A stretch of 64,000 bases of DNA from Candidatus Hydrogenedentota bacterium (GTDB taxonomy: Bacteria; Hydrogenedentota; Hydrogenedentia; Hydrogenedentales; SLHB01): the NCBI GenBank assembly GCA_963668025.2, contig CAXXTH010000017.1, positions 1,120,001 to 1,184,000 on the forward strand, written 5' to 3'. Below, piece after piece: positions 57,089 through 64,000 of the stretch. The translations under genes and the position numbers were made by a program. A model generated the notes under the pieces. It saw only the letters and a list, made by a program, of their open reading frames with translations, had not been told where the DNA came from and did not search any database. Position 1 is the stretch's first letter. The number at the start of each line of letters is the position of its first letter.

Positions 57089-58654
57089 ATGAACAATTTA
57101 TTCATATCTATCGCTTCATTTAGCCTTATTTGCGCCGCATGCCTGCCGCCAGCTTGGGCGGCGGATGTGACGGTAGATACATCCACCGTGCTGTGCCCGG
57201 ATTTCATGGGATTTGGCTGCCACGGTTTTTATTATCTCAATTGCGGATTTAATACGTCGCGGGGGGTGGGCACGGCGGACCGCACCTTGAACAATGAGCG
57301 CATCCGAAAGATGCGCATGGATGTTTGCCGTGTGTTTTGGGCGCATAAATGGTGGGAGCCCACGGAAGGCGTTCAAACTCCGGATGACGAGAATATTCAA
57401 GATCAAGTGCGTTTTTTCACGCTCCTTAAAGAATCCGGATGCCAGGTGAACCTTGTTCCTTGGGGGGACTGGTGGTCGTATCCTAGTTGGTGCGTGGATG
57501 GGGAGCGCCGTTTGCCGAAGGCGGAAAAACGGGATGCGGCCAACCGGAGTTTTGTTGATTACATCCAATACCTGCGCGAAACGAAAGGCCTGGACAATGT
57601 CTCACAAGTAACGTTCATGAACGAGCCGGACAACAATCCGGCCACCGCTCCCACCGTGCCGGAGTATCAAGCCATGGCGCTTCAGCTCGATGCCGAGCTG
57701 GAAAACCGGGGCCTTCGCGGCAAGATCTCGTATATTGGGATCGACGGCTCTTCCTGGTACGCCGCCAAATCCGGGGAATGGTTTTATGACGTGGCCCATA
57801 GCGCGCAAGGGCTCGAGTATTGCGACGCCACCGCGCAGCATACGTATGGATATAAGCTGGATCTTTCCACGGTTTTTGGCAATGTTCCCCCGATGAGTTT
57901 ATGGATTGATTCGCGGAAGAACGAGATAGGGGAAAAGCCATGGACCGTGCAGGAATTCAATATTTATAACACGGACCCGGACGCGGGCACATGGGGCCCG
58001 GCCCCCGGCTCGGATTTTTTTGAGCATGGCCTGTATGTAGCGGATTTCGCCTTGGAGTGTGTGAATCGCGGCGCATCGAGCGTGGTGTTTTGGTGCCTTT
58101 CCGACCAGATTTTGGATTATGCGGGCAATCAGCAGCATTACGGTTTATGGAAATACAAAACCGATGGGTGGGAGCCGCGCCCGGCATTCTATTCCTGGTC
58201 GCTGGTGACGCGGTATACTGCCGCGAACAGCCAAGTATATGCCCTTGATGGCTTGCCTTCCGGCCTGAAAGGAGCGGCCTTTATATCGCCCCGGAAAAAG
58301 ATGACGGTGTTCATTTTGAACCGGACCGCCTCAGACCAAACGCTAAATATGGATTTAGGCAGGCCGGTTCCCACGTCATTCCGCCATTATCTGTATGCGT
58401 CCGACACCGTGCCTACGGCGACCCAGGGCATGCTCGATGCCTGTGAATCGCTCATTTACGACCCGAGCCATCGTATGCCATTCGTGTCGCGGGCGAATAG
58501 TTTCAGCGTGTTGTCCAGCTTGAATCCCGATGCGGGGGATGATGAGCCGGTTCAAGTTCCTGCGGCGCATGCGGCAGGATTATTTTCAATGGTGGCGGGC
58601 ATTTTTGCAGGTGTTTTCCATTATGGGTGCGCCAAGCCGTCAGGGTGCATATAA
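57089..58654 (+). CDS. secreted clan GH-A glycoside hydrolase (GH30/GH39-like)
   Basis: signal peptide, MNEPD acid/base, HTY, VQEFN nucleophile, C-terminal beta-sandwich. Confidence 0.75.
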   Translation: MNNLFISIASFSLICAACLPPAWAADVTVDTSTVLCPDFMGFGCHGFYYLNCGFNTSRGVGTADRTLNNERIRKMRMDVCRVFWAHKWWEPTEGVQTPDDENIQDQVRFFTLLKESGCQVNLVPWGDWWSYPSWCVDGERRLPKAEKRDAANRSFVDYIQYLRETKGLDNVSQVTFMNEPDNNPATAPTVPEYQAMALQLDAELENRGLRGKISYIGIDGSSWYAAKSGEWFYDVAHSAQGLEYCDATAQHTYGYKLDLSTVFGNVPPMSLWIDSRKNEIGEKPWTVQEFNIYNTDPDAGTWGPAPGSDFFEHGLYVADFALECVNRGASSVVFWCLSDQILDYAGNQQHYGLWKYKTDGWEPRPAFYSWSLVTRYTAANSQVYALDGLPSGLKGAAFISPRKKMTVFILNRTASDQTLNMDLGRPVPTSFRHYLYASDTVPTATQGMLDACESLIYDPSHRMPFVSRANSFSVLSSLNPDAGDDEPVQVPAAHAAGLFSMVAGIFAGVFHYGCAKPSGCI

Positions 58655-58721
58655 AGAAGCAATGGATGAAACTAGGGCCGTTTATGGGCTGTGTCGAAAA
58701 GAATTGAAAGGATTCCAAACA

Positions 58722-60860
58722 ATGCCGGAAACAAAAAATGAGTTGAAAGAAACATGCATGGGCAATGGACAAGCCAATCCCAGCGCGTGGTATAAGCATG
58801 CCTATCGGCGAAACGTGGTCGATATGCACATACCAGACTGGCATGAGTCCTTTCTTTCGCAGTTTGATCCCAAGGCGTATGTGCAGACGCTCAAAATATC
58901 GCGGGCGCAATCAGCGGTTCTATATGCCCATTCCCACGCGGGCCTCACATTTTATCCCACAAAATATGGGCAGATGCATCGCGGCCTCGATGGGCGGAAT
59001 ATTTTCGCGGAGACGGCGGAAGAATGCCGCAAAAACGGCATCGCCGTGCAGTTATACTTCAGCCTTATCTACGATACATGGGCCTATCGCACCCATCCCG
59101 ATTGGCGCATCCGCCGGGCCGATGGCGCGGGCGCGGGCGATGAGAGCCGTTATGGCGTTTGCTGCCCCAACTCCCCGTACCGGGAGCATGTCGCGCGCAT
59201 GGTGGCCGAGATCTGCCAGGAACAGAAATTCGATGGCATCCGTTTCGATATGACCTTCTGGCCTACGGTCTGTTATTGCATTCATTGCCGCAATCGATTC
59301 CGCGAGGAAGTGGGCGGAGAATTGCCCACGACGGTCAACTGGGATGATCCGGCGTGGGTGGCCTTCCAGCGGAAGCGGGAGGAATGGCTGACGGATTTCG
59401 CGGGCGTGGCCACATCGACCGTGAAGCAATACCGGCCAGACGCCAGCATTGAACACCAGTCCTCGACCTATAGCCTTTCGTGGCGGTTTGGGGTCGCATG
59501 GCATCTGGCGCAACAGAATACGTTCTTGCAGGGCGATTTCTACGGGGATATTTTGCAGGGCAGCGTGGCGCGCAAGATGTTCTATAACTTAACGCCCGAG
59601 CATCCCTTCGGCTTCGAGACGAGTTTCAGCGTGAGCCTGAACAACCACACGGCGAAGAAGAGTTTCGATTGGCTGCGGTGCAAGGCGTATGCGGCCATTG
59701 CGGATGGGGGCGCGTTTGTGTTTATCGACGCCATAGACCCCGTAGGTACGATGAATCCCCGGACCTACGAATGCATGGGGCGCATTTTCAGCGAGACCGA
59801 AGGGTATGACCCGTATCTTGGAGGGAAACGCTTACAGGATGTGGCCGTGTATTTGAGCACGGAATCCAAGTACTCGCTCAATGAAAACGGTTTGCGCCTG
59901 ATAGGGGATGATTCCGCCGCCACCAATCAAGAGGCCGCCCCGAGCATGCCGCACGTGGACGGCCTGTTCTACGCCGCCGAGGCCCTTATTCACAACCATT
60001 TGCCCTATGGCGTGCTCACGCGCAAAAGCCTGGGCGATTTGAGCAAGTTTAAAATTGTCATTCTGCCGAATGTGCTCATGATGTCCGAAGAGGAAGTGGA
60101 AGCCATCCGCGCCTATGTGGCGGGCGGCGGCTGCGTGTATGCGAGCAAATATACCTCGTTGCAGCGTACGGACGGGGTGAAGCCTGGCGGCTTCATGTTG
60201 GGCGATGTGTTTGGCGTTTCCTATGTGGGCGAGACGCCGGAAAACTTCACCTTCATTGCACCGGCCAAGGATAAGGAAGAGTTTTTTGATACATATACGG
60301 AGAGCTGGCCCATCGGCATGGCGGAAACGCAGATTCGCGTGAAGGCGAATCCGGGCGCGGAAGTGTGGGCTTCGCTGGTGCTGCCTTATTCCAATCCTGC
60401 GGACTATGAGCGCTTTGCCTCGATCCATAGCAATCCTCCCGGCATCTGGACCGGCGAGCCAGCGATTGTCTTAAACCGGTATGGAAAAGGCAAAGCGATG
60501 TACTGCACGGCTCCCCTCGAGACGCCGCGCATGTTTGGCGATATCTTTGTCAATCTGCTTCGTGTGTTGAGCAATGATTTCGCCTTTGAAGCCAGCGCGC
60601 CGCCCTGCGTTGAAGTCACGGCCTTCGAGCAGCCGGAACACAAGCGCAGCATGATCTGCCTGCTCAATTTCCAGAAAGATCTGCCCAATGTGCCCGTGCA
60701 AGGCGTGCGTGTTTCCGTGCGCACCGATGGCCGCGCTGTCCAGCGCGTCGTGGTGGCGCCGCATGAGAAAGAACTCGATTTCACGGTGCAAGAGGGCCGT
60801 GTGTGTTTTGAATCGCCCGTGGTGGAGAACTTCCAGATGATCGCCGTCGAGTATAAGTGA
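58722..60860 (+). CDS. glycoside hydrolase (GHL6/alpha-fucosidase-like) with beta-galactosidase trimerisation domain
   Basis: DMHIPDW, HAGLTFYPT, CPNSPY, FDGIRFDM, VILPN, GKGKAMY. Confidence 0.78.
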   Translation: MPETKNELKETCMGNGQANPSAWYKHAYRRNVVDMHIPDWHESFLSQFDPKAYVQTLKISRAQSAVLYAHSHAGLTFYPTKYGQMHRGLDGRNIFAETAEECRKNGIAVQLYFSLIYDTWAYRTHPDWRIRRADGAGAGDESRYGVCCPNSPYREHVARMVAEICQEQKFDGIRFDMTFWPTVCYCIHCRNRFREEVGGELPTTVNWDDPAWVAFQRKREEWLTDFAGVATSTVKQYRPDASIEHQSSTYSLSWRFGVAWHLAQQNTFLQGDFYGDILQGSVARKMFYNLTPEHPFGFETSFSVSLNNHTAKKSFDWLRCKAYAAIADGGAFVFIDAIDPVGTMNPRTYECMGRIFSETEGYDPYLGGKRLQDVAVYLSTESKYSLNENGLRLIGDDSAATNQEAAPSMPHVDGLFYAAEALIHNHLPYGVLTRKSLGDLSKFKIVILPNVLMMSEEEVEAIRAYVAGGGCVYASKYTSLQRTDGVKPGGFMLGDVFGVSYVGETPENFTFIAPAKDKEEFFDTYTESWPIGMAETQIRVKANPGAEVWASLVLPYSNPADYERFASIHSNPPGIWTGEPAIVLNRYGKGKAMYCTAPLETPRMFGDIFVNLLRVLSNDFAFEASAPPCVEVTAFEQPEHKRSMICLLNFQKDLPNVPVQGVRVSVRTDGRAVQRVVVAPHEKELDFTVQEGRVCFESPVVENFQMIAVEYK

Positions 60861-60895
60861 CGCCGCCAGGGAGGCAAGGCGGGAATGGGGATGCA

Positions 60896-61714
60896 TCACG
60901 CCCCCTTCGGGCGCAAATCCGAGGGGGGCATGCCCGCCACTTTTCGGAAAACACGGCTGAAATAAAAGGGATCATCGTAACCCACCGACTCGGCCACCTG
61001 GTTGATCGGCAGCGTGGTTTCCCGAATCCAGTACATCGCTTGTTGAATGCGGACGCGCGTGAGAAAGGCGTTGGGCGTTTGGCCGGTGCGGCGCTTGAAC
61101 AAGCGGTGGAGATGGCCTTCGCTGCATCCAAACCGGCGTGCAAGATTGGCGACCGATATGGGCTCGGCGAAATGGGCCGTGATATGGCGCACGACTTCCT
61201 CCACTAAATAGCCCTCGGAGGCATGCGCGCCCGATTCGAGCGCGCGCAAGAAACGGCCTAAGACCGCTTCGATCAATCCATCGAGTTCAAAACCCGTTCC
61301 GGGGCCGCCGTGCTCGCCCACCATCCAAATCTGCTCGACAAGCGGAGCTAATTCGGGCGCTTGCACCCCTACCGGATGCCGGATATCCCATTTGCCAAGG
61401 CGTGTGCCGTTAAACTCCACCCAGATGGTGTCCATGGGGGTGCTGGCCCATTCGTCGTGGAGATACAGCGGAGGTGTGACGCACACCAAGCCCCCCGACA
61501 TATCGAGCTCGTGTTCGCATAACAGCCGCCCTTTGCCGCTGATGACGCAGGTGAGTTCCCAATTGTCGTGTGCGCGGCGAGAATCGCTCAGGCGTATGCC
61601 TCGAAAACGGCCAATCCCGCAGACCGTGAGTTCTTGGGAACGTCCCGCAAGGGGGCCTTCCCAGAGCGAATCAGGCAAAGCATGCAGCGTATTGTACCCT
61701 ACCATTTGCACCAT
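60896..61714 (-). CDS. AraC family transcriptional regulator
   Basis: cupin H..WE; HLHRLFK..TG.TP; VAESVGYDDPFYFSRVFRK. Confidence 0.93.
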   Translation of the reverse strand: MVQMVGYNTLHALPDSLWEGPLAGRSQELTVCGIGRFRGIRLSDSRRAHDNWELTCVISGKGRLLCEHELDMSGGLVCVTPPLYLHDEWASTPMDTIWVEFNGTRLGKWDIRHPVGVQAPELAPLVEQIWMVGEHGGPGTGFELDGLIEAVLGRFLRALESGAHASEGYLVEEVVRHITAHFAEPISVANLARRFGCSEGHLHRLFKRRTGQTPNAFLTRVRIQQAMYWIRETTLPINQVAESVGYDDPFYFSRVFRKVAGMPPSDLRPKGA

Positions 61715-61960
61715 CCTGTTTTATTTTCAGTTATACGCCTCAATGGAGCATATCAGAATTGTCTATCCCTTAGGATTCTTTTGTGCATGGATTTTATACA
61801 GGTATTGATTAAAAATAGCGCTCTGAAACAAAGCAACCGTATCGAGTGCCTAAACAGAATAATGCATGCGGCCCGGCAAGGCAAGCAGCCGTGCGCAACT
61901 GGCTCGATTGTAGGCGGGAGCTTGGCGTAAGGCCTCAAACCTGGAGAAGGATTTCGAATC

Positions 61961-63025
61961 GTGAAGCTCAACGTAGGCGTCATTGGATGCGGCAATATCG
62001 CCCGGTTCCATTTTGATGGACTCGAACAGGCGGGCGCGCGGATTGCCTGGGTCTGTGATGTGGATGCGGAACGCGCCCGGGCCGTTGCCTCGAGGTTCAA
62101 TGCGCGCTGTACGCAATCATACCAAGATATGCTTCAGGATCCGGAAGTGGATGTGGTGGACATCGCCGCGCCCTCCTCGCTGCATCTTGAGGCTGGCCTT
62201 GCCGCCATCGAGGCCGGCAAGGCGGTTATCTGTGAGAAAACACTGGCGACTAATGCCGAAGATGCATTGGCTCTGGTCCAGCGGGCGCGGGATAAAGGCG
62301 TGATTCTGTATACGTCTTACATGAAGCGCTTCATCCCCGCCGTGGAGCGGCTCAAGGAATTGCTGCCACGAATCGGCCAGCCCATGAGCGCCTCGATTCG
62401 CTCCTACCAGCAATGGGGGGATTTATGGAGTGTGACACCGCAAGAAGGTTTCTTTCACACGCCGCCAGGCGGCGTGTCCGAGCTGGTGAACCGGTATGGC
62501 GGCGGCGTGCTGGTGTGCGGCGGCAGCCATCTGCTGGACCTAGTGAATTTCGTATTCGGCAGGCCTAAGCGCATTTACGCCCAGATGCATATCCCGGAAG
62601 GCCGTGACTACGATTTAACTGCGACCGCGATTCTCGACACGCCCGAGTGCCCCGTCCACTTTGAAGCCGTGGCCCATCCGTTGAAACATATTGGTTTCTT
62701 GCGCGATGGATGGGACGAACGATTGGAAGTATCGGGCACAAAAGGCCGGCTCGAGTTTTTCAGCGCTGCATGGGACCAATTCGAGCACAAGGCCTCCATG
62801 CTGGCGCATTATGATAATGAAACCGGCGCGTCCACCGAACATCGTTTCGCGCCCTGTTCGCCCTTTGCCCGCGCCTTGGCCTTCTTTTGCGAAAATATTG
62901 CCCGTGGCGAACAAGGAGCCCAGCCCGCCACGACCGGCTACGATGTGGATGAATGCATCGCCGCCATCACGCGCAGTGCGCGCGAGGGGCAAGCCGTGGA
63001 TGTCACCTATAGGATCGAGCCGTAA
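61961..63025 (+). CDS. Gfo/Idh/MocA family oxidoreductase
   Basis: GVIGCGNIA, ICEKT, GGSHLLD. Confidence 0.9.
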   Translation: MKLNVGVIGCGNIARFHFDGLEQAGARIAWVCDVDAERARAVASRFNARCTQSYQDMLQDPEVDVVDIAAPSSLHLEAGLAAIEAGKAVICEKTLATNAEDALALVQRARDKGVILYTSYMKRFIPAVERLKELLPRIGQPMSASIRSYQQWGDLWSVTPQEGFFHTPPGGVSELVNRYGGGVLVCGGSHLLDLVNFVFGRPKRIYAQMHIPEGRDYDLTATAILDTPECPVHFEAVAHPLKHIGFLRDGWDERLEVSGTKGRLEFFSAAWDQFEHKASMLAHYDNETGASTEHRFAPCSPFARALAFFCENIARGEQGAQPATTGYDVDECIAAITRSAREGQAVDVTYRIEP

Positions 63026-64000
63026 TGATGGACGGAAAGCAGCGGATGCTCAATGCCTATCGCGGCGTGTTCAGCGACCGAATCCCGATAGCGCCCGAAT
63101 TGTGGTATTACTACCCCGCCAAACTGATGGGCGTGGATATGCTGGCGTTCCAGCGGGAAGTGCCGTTCCACCAAGCATTGAAAAATGCATTTGCCCATTT
63201 TGACTGCGAAGGCTGGGGGATTGCCTTTGGCGATAGCTTGGCCCCAGATGTGAAGCGGACCGTGAAAGAGACCTGGCGCAATCCAGACACGCTCGAAGTA
63301 TGCACCACTTTGCACGCGCCATCGGGAGACATCGAACAGCGGGAAGTTTATGCGCGCCACGAACCTTCCTGGCTCACCGAACGCTACATCAAAGATCCGG
63401 CGCGCGATTTGGATGTATTCCTGCATGCGTGCATGGCGGACCCCGAAAAAATGGATGTGTCCCCTTTCACGCGCGCCTGGGAGGAAATCGGCGATGCCTA
63501 TTTGCTCGAGGCTTGGCTTGGCGTGCCATTTTTTGATTTTTACGGGGGTAATCGCGAAGGCGGGCTCGAGGCCGCCGTCATGGACTTCTTCGTGCAAGAG
63601 CCTCTTTTTGAAGGTTTGCAGGAGCGATATACCGATTATATGGTCCGCTTGGCGCGCACGATTTGCGAGCGTACGCCGTTCGAGAGCCTGTGCATCGGCT
63701 GTTCATGGAGCTGTAACAGCTTGATTGGCCCGGAGATGTGGCGGCGGTGGGACAAGCCGGTCATCGCCGCCGTGGCGCAAGAAGCGCACCGCCACGGGCG
63801 TCTGCTCCATATCCATTTCCATGGGCGCTGCATCGAGACCGTGGCGGACTTCGCCGAGATGGGGATTGATTGCGTCTGCCCCTTCGAGCGCCCGCCCGGC
63901 GGCGATGTCGTGGGCCTGGACGGGCTTCGCCAAGTGGTGCGCCTGCTGGATGGCCATACCACGATGAACGGGAACATCCACACCGTCGAGACCCTCATTC
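63025..64000 (+). CDS. uroporphyrinogen decarboxylase/methyltransferase superfamily protein (truncated by window edge)
   Basis: manual translation MMDGKQRMLNAYRGVFSDRIPIAP...HIHFHG...PFERPPGGD...MNGNI; TAATG overlap with the upstream stop. Confidence 0.8.
   Translation, partial: MMDGKQRMLNAYRGVFSDRIPIAPELWYYYPAKLMGVDMLAFQREVPFHQALKNAFAHFDCEGWGIAFGDSLAPDVKRTVKETWRNPDTLEVCTTLHAPSGDIEQREVYARHEPSWLTERYIKDPARDLDVFLHACMADPEKMDVSPFTRAWEEIGDAYLLEAWLGVPFFDFYGGNREGGLEAAVMDFFVQEPLFEGLQERYTDYMVRLARTICERTPFESLCIGCSWSCNSLIGPEMWRRWDKPVIAAVAQEAHRHGRLLHIHFHGRCIETVADFAEMGIDCVCPFERPPGGDVVGLDGLRQVVRLLDGHTTMNGNIHTVETLI

Overview
GC-rich bacterial chromosomal window of mostly housekeeping, signalling and carbohydrate genes: dxr end, rseP, aspartate kinase, pyk, paaK-like/iorBA, xerC, melA, U32 protein, comEC, clpP, VIT-vWA, hybrid kinase, HDOD/GGDEF, cls, comF, and a sugar-utilisation locus at the right end. 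Gene style (DUF1559/H-X9-DG prepilin-like protein, alginate-export barrel, LPVAG-type C-terminal anchor) suggests a Hydrogenedentota/PVC-like lineage (inference only). No rRNA, tRNA or CRISPR array was seen. Highlights: (1) a candidate programmed -1 ribosomal frameshift in a cellular lipoprotein gene (G GGA AAC-stop plus a long stem-loop, 48169-48236) joining a signal/Pro-Ala linker ORF to a signal-less globular domain; (2) an ISAs1 element with a divergent, apparently leaderless accessory gene interrupted by a nested ISKra4-type IS with an 8-bp TSD; (3) several families of 9-10-nt-periodic inverted repeats, REPIN doublets and a MITE with constant ends but swapped internal palindromes, some separating or enclosing AT-rich cargo genes; (4) an AT-rich orphan PD-(D/E)xK nuclease. 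All calls are from reading the sequence; no searches were run.
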